From contig CM120642.1 of assembly GCA_051362555.1 (NCBI GenBank), positions 23,250,001 to 23,314,000 of the forward strand: 64,000 bases of DNA. Reading direction: 5' to 3'. The DNA comes from Lingula anatina (lineage: Eukaryota > Animalia > Brachiopoda). Every line of letters begins with the position of its first letter. Positions within the stretch are counted from its first letter, which is position 1. Made by a program: the position numbers and the translations under genes. The notes below the pieces were generated by a model, which was given only the letters and a program-made list of their open reading frames with translations, was not told the origin of the DNA and did not search any database. Shown here piece after piece: positions 14,383 to 25,736 of the stretch.

Positions 14383-15343
14383 TTGCAAATTAGACAGTCA
14401 AAAAAGCAAAATTTTGCTTGGGAACCGGGTTAGTCGGTTTCAGCATGCCAATATGCTTATAAGCCTGGTTCCCAACTTTTACCCCAAAATGCCCCTACTA
14501 TTCATATTTTGTGGAAATCTCAGTATATTTTAGGATAACCGTCTTAACATGGAGAAAGCGTCTAAAAACATCTAGAAATCTATCAGTGAGTAAATACCTA
14601 TTTGAATATGTCATTCCGTGTTTTACTCCAGAAGTGCCTTACCCAAACTGTTATCAAGCACATTATATTTGTATATGTAATAGTGTTTAATTTTGTTACA
14701 GGGCATCTGTGCTGACGAAAAGGACCAATGCTCAAAACCAATATTATTAATCTTCAATATGGATTTCCCTTTGAAACTGGCACTCAGTGCCGATGGTCCC
14801 CTCAACATTACACAAGTTGGTGGAGTTTGCCCGGTTTTCAAAGACGGTATTTCTAAACTATTCAAGAGTGATCCTCCCCCTTCCCTCACTGCTATACTGG
14901 GTACGAGATGGCTGTTCTTAAGTCCCTACAACGGCCGCTGTGCCGAGCTATCAGCTAATGACACTGACGGAGAATGGCACAATTCTAGCGTTCTGGCAAC
15001 ACTGTCCAGTCAGGTGAGATTGAGGAAAGAGATAAGAAGTTATCGAGAAGGCTTTAAAATGTTCGAATCTTTTCGCTATAAACTTGACATCGCGCTGCGT
15101 GCAAATGCTAAGTTTATAACGTTTAGGAATGCCGATTATCAAATTCATCTTTCCCGCTATGAAGAAAACCATTGCGCCAACATGGATAAATCTCTTGAAT
15201 CAAATGTTGAAACACCGATAGAGGATACAGATTATGAAAATGTCTTGGTTTCTAGTGGTAACCAGTGGTTAATTCAGTGGGGATTTGCAGTTTGTGCTTT
15301 AGGTGTCTTTGTGAGCACGGGCGTGTTGATTCGAAGTGGCTGA
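6176..15343 (+). CDS. SMB-like Cys-rich cell-surface glycoprotein, probably GPI-anchored, paralog 1 (~648 aa; exons 6176-7391, 11935-12023, 14702-15343)
   Basis: Signal peptide MDDSKISKVLFLVVISTVLWQGTVSA. Thr/N-glycan-rich stalk. CYCDRFCNVFEDCC (SMB-like), YWMVMFCP and PVSDPATKLTFRNRYCAMCH motifs. GT-AG introns of phase 1 and 0 join in frame via an 89-nt exon 2 (GASRVFDPFGLGALINPSPNSESCSQEGSQ). Ends in SSG + hydrophobic tail. Confidence 0.85.
8225..8484. mobile_element. hAT-like MITE (CAGxGGCGGAT...ATCCGCCACT ends)
   Basis: Short TIRs CAGAGGCGGATCC / AATCCGCCACT with a GC-rich interior. Related copies at 8570-8784, ~10648-10795 and, inverted, ~29160-29310. Confidence 0.6.
8570..8784. mobile_element. 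Second, diverged copy of the hAT-like MITE
   Basis: Starts CAGTGACGAATCAAGGATTATTTGAA and ends CTCCACCACTG. Interior aligns with 8225-8484. Confidence 0.55.
8848..10214 (-). mobile_element. Tc1-family (DD34E) DNA transposon, full length, with disrupted transposase
   Basis: Perfect 29-bp TIRs CACACACTGGACAATAGAAGTGTCACCCC (8848-8876 and 10186-10214). TA target duplication at 8846-8847 and 10215-10216. Confidence 0.95.
9023..10032 (-). pseudogene. Tc1 transposase pseudogene
   Basis: N-terminal HTH region with GRPRKT (ORF 9628-10056). FSDE motif near 9560-9580 lies outside both ORFs. C-terminal QDDNAPCH...WPAQSPGANIIE has exactly 34 residues between D and E (ORF 9023-9388). Split by stop/frameshifts. 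Confidence 0.9.
10990..11300 (+). repeat. Dispersed repeat fragment shared with ~56100-56460
   Basis: GCAGTCT(T)AAAGCTCTTTTATGGCTGAT and AATGCCA..ATATAGTTTCAA blocks occur in the same order at both sites. Confidence 0.55.
12626..12871. mobile_element. MITE with ~45-bp TIRs, possibly EnSpm/CACTA-like
   Basis: CCCCAGTGAAAATTTGTCTCATTTAACGCTCACTTACGGTTCTCAA pairs with TTGAGAACCGTAAGTGAATGTTAAATGAGATAAATTTTCCCAGGGG. 2-bp flanking duplication CT. Confidence 0.7.
13633..13668. repeat. (GA)n microsatellite
   Basis: Read directly. Confidence 0.9.
13989..14495. mobile_element. Foldback/MITE-like element with ~115-bp TIRs and an internal (TTTA)n tract
   Basis: GGGGCATTCTGGGGTAAAAGTT...CTGTCTAATTTGCAA (13989-14104) is inverted at 14383-14495 (...AACTTTTACCCCAAAATGCCCC). 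(TTTA)n at ~14270-14383. Confidence 0.75.
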
Positions 15344-18224
15344 AAATGTAGATTGAAGATGCATTGTCGTTTTTGACAGATATCCCTGACTCAGCAATGT
15401 CGTCGTTAGTCTTGATGTAAATAGAATTTGTTTGGCTTAGTAGTTTATTGTTGTTCAGCACTACATTATAAACTTTGCGCTTTATCATTGAACAAAAAAA
15501 CTTTGTGTTTATATATGTTTCGGTTTTTCCATTGAGACGCAAATGGTAATTTTCGCAAAAATAAGTTTTTTTTTAAATATTAGTTGATGGAATGCGACTA
15601 AGGACTCTACAAACATACACAGAAACATTTAATGATATGGATATTCAGTACAATATCATAATATAATAAATACACTACCTATATGTCAACCTTTGTCATT
15701 TTCTTTACTAAGTTTCAGGCAAGTTAGAAATTCTTTGTTTATCTAATCACTCACCGCTGGTGCAAAATGTAAAATAACCTTGCAATCAAGAACAAAATGT
15801 ATTAATTAACCTACAACTAACGTCATATTAAAAAATATAATTCATATGAAAGATAAAGCCTGCTTTGTGCTGTACTTCCTTTCCGAATATACGGACCCCC
15901 ACCGGCCCTAAAAGACGCTACCGATATCCATCTGGATGCTCATATGGACGTTAAAGCATTACAAAGCAATCGGCAAAGTTCTTGCAAACGACCACTGAGA
16001 TAATCGTATTTGTTGCATGCCAATTATAAAAATTCAATATACATCCAACCTACATTAACCTTCTTCTTAACTATAAAGTGGAATAGTTCAGGAGATAAAA
16101 CAGCCTAGACCTAAGCTCATTTTACAGCTTCCTTTTCATTTTGATTCTACACCCCCCCAATTATTTATTTATTAATTTATTTAGTTATTATTTTTATACC
16201 AATGGCTTTTTGTTAATAATAAAAATACCAAGTTGATATTTGACAAAGAATATTTTCCAAAACATTTTCTTAGAATTTTCAAGGGCGTGTCCATGGGAAA
16301 ACCAGTCCAAATGGGGAAAATGCGACAAGGTGGAAATTATGGATATACACCATATTTGGTGTGCTTGCATGATCATCTATATGTTTAATATATGAGGCTA
16401 CAATATTTCCCTTAACAAATCCCTATATTTTATGTACATTTGACCAGTGGCGTTCTAGGGGATTAGTACCAAAATTTCAGCTAAATACAGGGCAATTTTG
16501 ATTTGTCTTACAGTTTATGCCAGTGTCAGCAAATGATTTCGTTTGATGTCATATTCTCTATTCATAAATAAATGCTTCTCGCTGTTCTACACCTTTTCTG
16601 TTGTAACAGTTAGACTATACCCCAAGTTCTTGAATTTTCATTCCATGGGATGGCGGGTAATAATTACAGTTCACGGGAAATAAAATCACATTAAATAAAA
16701 GCTTTATTCAAATCTCACTGATAATGCGCGTCGAAAATCCGGGTATAACGACTTATACCTGTTACTTCAGCTATCTCTGTTAAATTTTAATAAACAACCG
16801 GTATAAACTATTGTTAGTTGTACCAATTTTCTTGTTAACACACACAACTTACACTTTTTAAAAACCATGTGAAACGAAAGTGCTGCCACCGGATCAACAC
16901 AACGTCTATAACCAACAAGTCAGAAAGTTTCGTTTGCAAACATTATAGGAAATCATATATCAACACGCTGTAGACACACACGGGCCATGAGACACATGAC
17001 CTTTAACGAACACATCCAAATGCTAACTAGGGGTCACAATAAATTTGATGTCATTTAGTGGTGTGTTTTCAATTTTGTGGACATTTCTTGACCTTTGCAG
17101 AAATCACAGTGAAACATAAAATTTGAGGGAGTACATGTGATAAAAGTGAATAAATGGTATAAAATATGGATATCTTCTACGAATTTTCTGTACCATTAAT
17201 CAATTCTTTAGCATAATTCAATAACATAATGCAGCACAGATGGTTTCCAGAAATTACACTAAAATTACTATGACTATAATATCTGATCAAATTGTGTGAA
17301 TTTTTTCTCTGGTTTGCATATAAAAATGTTTTTTTTTTTAAATTCCCTTCACTTATTTGCCATCGTCACTGTAATAAAACAAAATGCAATCCCGTTTCTG
17401 ATCTGTATGCATATGGCACACTAAAGGACTCTCTTACCATTTCCATTTGCAAACAAAGTGCCATCTTGGGGTTTTGTTTCAAAACTACCAAGATAAAGTG
17501 TACATTGTGTCACTTTGCTTTCTTATCCATAAATATGTGGCCATTGTATGCTGTTTTGACTCCTACCAAGTTCTCCATTACCAGTGCCTGTTTGTTAAAG
17601 CCGTTGTCTAACCTGCTGAAAGTTTTTTACGGGACAACCCAACCTTGTGACAATTCTGCGGGGAAAACTCCTTCCTGTGTCAAACGACAATTTACTTCGC
17701 TCACTTAGGAACCACTTTTCTAAAACAGAAGAGAAATAAAGACGTTCAATGGTCACGCTACAGTTAACGTACTACGAATGGCAGCCCTAAATTCAGATGC
17801 CTATTACCGCCACGGTTAGGTAATGAAAACATTTAATCATTTTCCCCTTGTAACATTGTACATAAATGTGTCAGGGGTGACAGTTTTTGGTAGGTGGGTA
17901 CAGCAATATGTAAAATGCTTAACCACAACACTCAGAAAAAAAGATACGTCAGTCTCAACAGAGAACATAAGGGGTTTTTAATGTCACCCCAACATTGTGC
18001 AATTGCGTTACAAGCACACTACTGGGCTCATACTTAATCTACCACCAACATTGGTGTGACAACACATTATATGAGGGAACATAAATAACATTTTTACAAA
18101 ACAAGAATATTCAGTTGCTTACATTAAAATCGCACTCTTTCTGTTTTTGTAACAATGCTGCACAATAAGTTCAAACGAAACAAATCATCACAAAAGCCCA
18201 AAATTCGTATGAGATAAAAAAAAA

Positions 18225-20525
18225 AAACGCGTTACTGTGTAGTGTAGTTAGTCTCAAGTTACGCGTTGAAACTTGGCATGCCCTGTCAATCAGTCACGCA
18301 TTTTGCATAGAATTACAGAAAAGATGCGCCGTGGGATAAGTATCACTATAGCAGTTAGGGGTCAAAACACATAAGTTATTGTTTCATGTCCTGTCAATAA
18401 GTTATTCAACGTACAATGTAATACGACAATTCTGGTTGTCGATCCTTTACAGAAAAGTTTTACAGAGAAACTCAACGTGTCTGGAAACAAAGTTTAGAAG
18501 TATGTCAAAGAAGTTCAAACAGCTAGGACACGAGTTAAGCATACGTTCAGGGTTTAAAACAAGATAGTGATGATATAATCCAATTACTTAGCTAGACCTC
18601 TAATCGGCATTTCGATAAATGGAGATGGACCAGACGAAACATCCCTACTGTATCGTGTCCATGAATTAACATATCACTCGTTGGGCAGATCAAAACATCA
18701 CACGAGTTACCTTGTTTTATCAAATGTGCATGCATACCATTGAACAAAATTGAGCCTTGTTAATTTCACACATTTCACATATGCTATTTTTCCATGCCCT
18801 GTCAATCAGTCACGCATGTTGCACAGAATACAGAAAAGATTAACCATGGAATACGTATCGCTATATCAGTTAGCTACAGGTAGGTGTCAAGATACGACAA
18901 TTTTCTTGTTGATCTTTCACAGAATGTTTTACGGAGGAACTCAGCTTGTTTGGAAACAAAGTTTCAAAGAATGTCATAGAAGGTTAAACAGCCAGGGACC
19001 GAGTTAATCATACGTTCAGGGTTTAAGAAAAGATAGTCATGATAAAAAACCAATTAGTTACACCTCTAATCCCAATTTTTATAAACGGTGCTGGACCACA
19101 AGAAACATCCCTACTATATCATGTCCATGAACATATCACACGTCGGGCAATTAAAAAAAATCAAACGAGTTACCTTGTTTTATCAAATTTGCATTGAACA
19201 AGATGGGGCCTTGTTAATTTCACACATATATTTTACATATGCGAGGGTTACATCAGCAAGAAATCGTCTTTAAAAAGAAACGTGTTACCGTATTGTGTTG
19301 TTAGCCTCAAAACCCCGTACGATCTTGGCATGCCCTGTCAATCAGTCACGCATTTTACATAGAAATACAGGAAAAGATGAGCCGTGGAATAAGCATGACT
19401 ATATCAGTTAGGTGTCAAAATACATAAGTTATTGTTTCATGTCCTGTCAATAAGTCATCCACTCAATCGATGTAATACGACGATTTTGTTTGTAGATCCT
19501 TCACAGAAAAGTTTTACAGAGAAACTCAACGTGTCTGGAAGCAAAGTTTAGAAAAATGTCAAAGAAGGTCAAACAGGCCCGAGTTAACCATACGTGCAGG
19601 GTTTTAAAACATGACAGTCATGATATAATCCAATTACTTAGTTAGACCTCTAATCGCCATCTCGATAAATGTAGATGGGCCAGACGAAACATACCTGCTG
19701 TAAAGTGTCTATCACTCATTGGGCAATTAAAAACATCACACGAATTACCTTGTTATACGTAATACGACGATTTTGTATGTCGATCCTTCACAGAGAAGTT
19801 TTACAGAGAAACTTAACTTTTCTGGAAACAAACTTTAAAAGAATGTCAAAGAAGGTCAAACAGCCTGGGCCCGAGTTAATCATACCTCCAGGGTTTCAAA
19901 ACAAGAAAGTCATAATATAACCCAATTAGTTACACCTCTAATAGCCTCTTTTGTAAATGGAGCTGGACCAGACGAAACATCCCTACTATATCATGCCCAT
20001 GAACATATTACACTGGCCAATTCAAAACATCAAACGAGTTGCCTTGCTTTATCAAATTTGCATGCACACCATTGAACAACTTTTGTTAATTTCACACAAA
20101 CATTTTACGGAGAAACTTAACTTTACTGGAAACAAAAAGAACACGTTACCGTGTTATGTAGTTAGCCTAAAAATAAACAGTACCATTTTGCCATGCCCTG
20201 TCCATCAGTGACGCATGTTGCATAGGACAGAAAAGATGCACTGTGGAATAATTATCACTATATCAGATCTGAGTCAAAATACATAAGTAATTGTTTCATG
20301 TCCTGTCAATAAGTCATCCACTAAATCGATGTAATATGACGATTTTGTTTGTCAATCCTTCACAGAAAGGTTTTACAGAGAAACTCAACGTGTCTGGAAA
20401 CAAAGTTTAGAAAAATGTCAAAGAAGGTCAAACAGGCCCGAGTTAATCATACCTGCGGGATTTTAAAACAAGAAAGACATAATATAATCCAATTACTTAC
20501 TTAGACCTCTAATCGCCATTTTTGA
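18225..20525 (+). repeat. ~590-bp satellite array upstream of paralog 2 (about 5 diverged, partly deleted monomers)
   Basis: Recurrent CCCTGTCAATCAGTCACGCA (18281, 18797, 19333) and TTGTTTCATGTCCTGTCAATAAGT (18379, 19432, 20291). Confidence 0.9.
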
Positions 20526-21289
20526 AAACGCACTTAAGACTGAACAGTTAGCCGTGACAAAAACACCCGTGATGTTTTGCAATGATTTTCCAGACGACCA
20601 AACAACAATACAAAAATAACTGGGTTATGCATTTTGATTGTGGACTACCTCTAAAAATGCATATATGGGGTATTGATTTTATTCTCTATCAGGGTCACAA
20701 AGAGATTTTCGACTAGATATACACAATAAACATTTATTTCTCAGGCAAATTCTGTGCACAAAGCTGAATTGACTCATCACACATCTAGCCGGTGGTGGAG
20801 AGTAGATTAATTTGAGGTAAATTAAGCTGTCATTTAGGACTAAGCACTGTTTACTTACTTCAATTTTAGGACCAAATGCAGCACAAGCGTTTATTTATGT
20901 TAATTACCCAACTATGAGCAGAATGGTTGAACAGATTTTGCACGTTCCACTTACTTGTATGTAAATGGAATGTCGTGTAAGTTCCTTCACTTATTCGGCC
21001 TCGTCACTGTAATAAAACAAAATCCAATTCAGTTTTCTTTTTTTGCTTTGAATGTATTATAAACTACGTTTTGTTTTTTCTTTTTCATGTTCTTTTCTTT
21101 TTTATACTATGAAAAAGATGTGAAAATGTGTTACAATGTCACTCTGTAACACATGCTTCAGTTTAAAAAGAGAGAACTTTTGAAACTCTAGTCCTCCTTA
21201 AACTTTACACAAAACCATTGTGTTGGCCACCAGAGTACATATACATGCACATACCGGGGGTATTCATGTACATTAAAATGTATGTATAA

Positions 21290-21464
21290 GGCCTCATTCA
21301 GAATAGGGGATTAACCAGTCACAGGGTCAAATATGGCCGTCCCACTTGAATACTTCCCCACGGGGAATCAATTCAGTGTCTATTAGCGGATTAAACGGCA
21401 GGTTTTGTAGTGGGTCGCCATATTTGACCCTCAGACTAGTTAGTCCCCTATTCTGAATGGGGCC
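21290..21464. mobile_element. Tourist/Harbinger-like MITE in the upstream region of paralog 2
   Basis: TIR GGCCTCATTCAGAATAGGGGA / TCCCCTATTCTGAATGGGGCC, with further pairing GGGTCAAATATGGC / GCCATATTTGACCC. Confidence 0.8.
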
Positions 21465-21810
21465 TATCATGTATAACATTACATTTTAAATAAATGGGTT
21501 CGTACTTGGTTCTGGTTATGGTAAGATATTTCTTCTCGATAACTAGTAAGTTTTAGAACCCACCACAGTGGTGAACTGATCACATAGCACCTTCTTTACA
21601 AGGCAATAATTATGCTTATCAAGGACACAGATCAGTCCAATCACAATGCAACGTACAGTCGGTCAGGTGAGTCCTAGGGTTACATTGAAAGGGTTTTGTA
21701 ATCAAACTGATGTTTCTATTGGAAACAAAAGCGGAGTCATGGTCTTATTATGGGCAACACTAATAGGTTCTTACAAGAATAATGGGAGGAGCATTTCAAT
21801 TGCGAAGAAC

Positions 21811-21818
21811 TATTTAAA
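21811..21818 (+). promoter_or_regulatory. TATA-like box of paralog 2
   Basis: TATTTAAA conserved across paralogs. CCAAT at ~21637. Confidence 0.6.
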
Positions 21819-21935
21819 TCGCTATGGTGTTTGTAAAACGCACTGCATTGAAAGAGATTGAATTAAGTAAAACAAAGATAAAGGAGCTTTAAGGACATCT
21901 TAATGCTTTTGAATATTTCCAAGTCGGTTGTCACT

Positions 21936-23716
21936 ATGAACGATTCAAAGATCAGCAACGTTCTATTTCTTCTCGTCATCTCAGTGGTTATTTGGCAAGG
22001 CAGTGTTTTGGCAGCTGTTCCAGCGAACAAAACCGTCACCAACTTAACGTGCCCACACAACGCTACTTTGACGGTCCGTAATAAAACGCCATTGGATTCA
22101 AAACGAGAACAGGTTTCCACCAGCGCATATAACAGAAGAAGTGAAGAATATACTATAGCCACGACTCCACTGTTAGCTGACCAAGATAAGTCAACTGGAG
22201 GGAAGGCTTTCCCTTGGAATGCAACGACTGCCCTCCTCACACTTCAGGACGGCATTACACAGAATGGAAACGAAACCACATCATCACCACTAGATACAAA
22301 AGAACCAACCATTTTGTCAAACCCCTGGAACGGAACATCTTTTAATATAACTTCATCAAAAACCCTTTGTGCGACAGGGCCTTATAGATCTGACTTTATC
22401 CAGATATTTTGCTACTGCGACAGATTCTGCAACGTTTTTGAGGATTGCTGTGAGCCATACCACCCTTGCAACAGAAGTTCAACAAACGCTGAACACGTAG
22501 CGCTTTCTCATGAGATAGATATTCAACGAAATAATGTTGACTGCATGATCCATTCTCTTGACTCCAGATATTTGCGGGGTTCCAGCAGTAAATTCTATTG
22601 GATGGTAACGTCATGTCCAACCACATGGCTTAATGAAACAATACTAGAGAGATGTGAAAATCGCAGTTCTGCCGATGACATTGAACGCCATCTGCCCATA
22701 TCTGATCCTGCAACAAAACTGACATTTCGAAATAGGCACTGTGCAATGTGCCACAATTTTGAAAAATTCGAAAATTGGTCCCCTATCGTAACTTGCAACG
22801 AATTTGTGACCAGTATCGCGTTGAATATCAGTGCAATGACGAGCACAGCCGATGTATTGAAGGGTGTTAGGGAGAACAGCGGCTGCATGCTTTATTTCGA
22901 GCCACCAGCAACCATTCCTGGAAGACGCTGTTTTCCAGATGTGAAAGTCCATGGAAGAAAGTTTAACTGGATCAATGAAAATTACTGTCATCAAAACACT
23001 GACCCTAAGCATAAGGAGCTTTGCACCTCTGGGCCACCTTTGTTCACTTCTGTTATTTCATCAAGAGGACAAGAGTCTTACATGAGAAACGTATTCTGTT
23101 GGAGGTGTCTTTTTGGCAGTGATGTCACACTGAGGGTGGAGTCGTGTTCTTCAGATATGGGTATGTTCGTTTTTCTTATTTTTGTCTGTTTGTTTGTCTG
23201 TTTTGAAGAAACCATGAAAATAAAAATGTAAGACCCACTTCTTTCAAGCACAATGTCTGTAACAATATATATATGTTTATATATTATAATTAACGGCAGC
23301 AGCATCTATAATAATATTGCTAAATTTAATTTATTTGAAATCAGGGGTCAATGACTTTTCATTGCAGTGTTGATTAATCTATTATCGAAGACAGTGTCTT
23401 GAAGCCAAGAGGACAGCCAATGCTCTAGCTCTCTCTCCCTCTCTCGCAAATATAAACTTGGTGAAAATCCGACTATATTTTCGAACAGGTTTGATGGTCC
23501 AGTGATCTGACGGCCATTGAAATAGTGTAGATATGACTTTGTCACCCTGGTTAAACAAATGCTACATGTACATGTAAGACATTGATATGTACTATTATAT
23601 TGAAGGTGCTCCAAGGTCTTTTGATCCATCTGGGTTGGGTGCGCTGATTAATCCGTCATCAAACTCAGAGTCCTGTAGCAAAGAGGGCAGTCAGGTCAGT
23701 TAAGACCCCTCTCTCA

Positions 23717-23748
<32 letters not shown>

Positions 23749-24325
23749 AACTTAACCTTTAATATGCAATTATTTGTCAAATCGATTTTTTACCACTTTT
23801 CTGACTATATAACAAAGAAAACAAAGATTTCAATTGTGTTTTACTAACTTACTAACTTAATTATCTATTCACTATGATTGTGACAACATTTCTTTAACTC
23901 AATTCATCAAATTAAGCAAACAAAAGGCATGACTAATTCTAAGTCATACAACAGTCATTTGCAGCGTTATTTCGATATCCATATTTTCCAGATTATCATC
24001 TGTGCAATAGACGGAATGTACAATTTTTATGTGTTCTCCGCCAATGGCTTTTTTTTTTGGAGGGGGGGGGGGGGTAATGCCGTAAAAATTTGGTTGGGTG
24101 TTCTTGCCTTTGTAAATATTTTCTGTGATTGGTGAAACATTAGCTTTTAAGCGAGCCTTTTGTAATTTTGTCATTCACCATTCACACTTTCTATGTTCTC
24201 CCGATAGTGTAATTTCTCGTGATCCATTGAACAGTGCCCTTTATAATTGAGTTTCATTACTATTCATTACTATTCATTCATTTCTATTCATTTACATTTT
24301 TCATGTTTTAGAATAATAGTTAGTG

Positions 24326-24364
<39 letters not shown>

Positions 24365-25736
24365 TAAAACTTGAATATTCTAGAAGTTATTCATCTTTTA
24401 CTGTTAGCGAAGGTCGTATATGTAGATGTATTGACCTTGCGCTGATGACTCACGACAGTAATGATTTAGCCTGATAGACCAGAATAATGTTAATTCAAGG
24501 AATATACAGCTACTCAGTATTAGTAGATATAATGGTAATGTTAGTGAATTTCATGAAATTTTATAATGAGACAAAACGCGTCATCGCTATGTTTGTTTAT
24601 ACTTCCGACCACTAGATGGCCCATGACGAGGTGATATATACCGTTACTTTAATTTGATTCAATTGAATCAACGCTTAAAAATGTGTTTTAACTGTTAAAC
24701 TATAGAAAACTTCAAAGATAGTTTTAAAAACTTTAAAAAACAGAAGGCATTGTGAAGCCATTTACCCGTTCTTGTGTAGTATGCTCTTAAATCCTGTAAG
24801 TTTTTTATTTACCATGTTTTTCTAATTTCAGTTATGTGTTGATTTTAATCATTCTCGGCTATTCATGTGAATTATTGTGACAATATACTTAATGATTTTT
24901 GGTGTTTGACAAGGACACTTCAAACTTATTCAAATTAAAGTACATATGGGTTCATTTTAGGGATGAACATCAATAAACAACTGAATAAATAGCTATTTCA
25001 GTACGCCATGTTTAACTGTGAAAGTACTCTTTGAAGTCCTTATCTGTTATTATCACTTTATTTCTATTTATATTTAACAATGTGTATAATTTTGTTACAG
25101 GACATTTGTGGCGACGAAAGCAACCAATGCTTAAAACCAATTTTATCAATCTTCAATATGGATTTCCCTTTGAAACTGGTACTCAGTTCCGATGATCCTA
25201 TTAATATTTCGCAAGTTCGAGGAGTTTGTCGGGTTTTGAAAGGCCGTGTTGAAGATCTGTTCACAGTGCCTCCTCCCCCTACCCTCTCTGCCATACTGAG
25301 TACGAGATGGATGTTTCTGGATCACCGTTCCAGCCATTGTGCCGAGCTATCAGCTACTGACATTGATGGAGAATGGCACAATTCTAGTGTTCTAGCAGTA
25401 CTCACCAGACAGGTGAGACTGAAGGAAGAGATAAAATATTATCGAGAAGGCCTTGAAATGTTTGAATCTTTTCGAGATGAACTTGACATAGAGCTGCGTA
25501 CGAATACCATGCTTATTTCGCTTGGCAATGTTGATTATCAAATAAATGTTCTCCGCGATGTAATAAATCTTTGCGCCAATGTGGAGAAACCTCTTGAATC
25601 CAATGTTGAAACAACGACAAAAGATACACATGGACATTCCATGGTTTCTGGTGGTAATCATTTTTTTCATTGGGCATTTGCAATGTGTGCTTTTGGTGTC
25701 TTTGTGAGCATGGGCGTGTTTGCTCCAAGTGGTTGA
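21936..25736 (+). CDS. SMB-like Cys-rich cell-surface glycoprotein, paralog 2 (~649 aa; exons 21936-23160, 23606-23694, 25101-25736)
   Basis: Same architecture and intron phases as paralog 1. 89-nt exon 2 (GAPRSFDPSGLGALINPSSNSESCSKEGSQ) with a weak AAG acceptor. Tail HWAFAMCAFGVFVSMGVFAPSG. Confidence 0.85.
24329..24363. repeat. (GT)n microsatellite in intron 2 of paralog 2
   Basis: Read directly. Confidence 0.9.
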
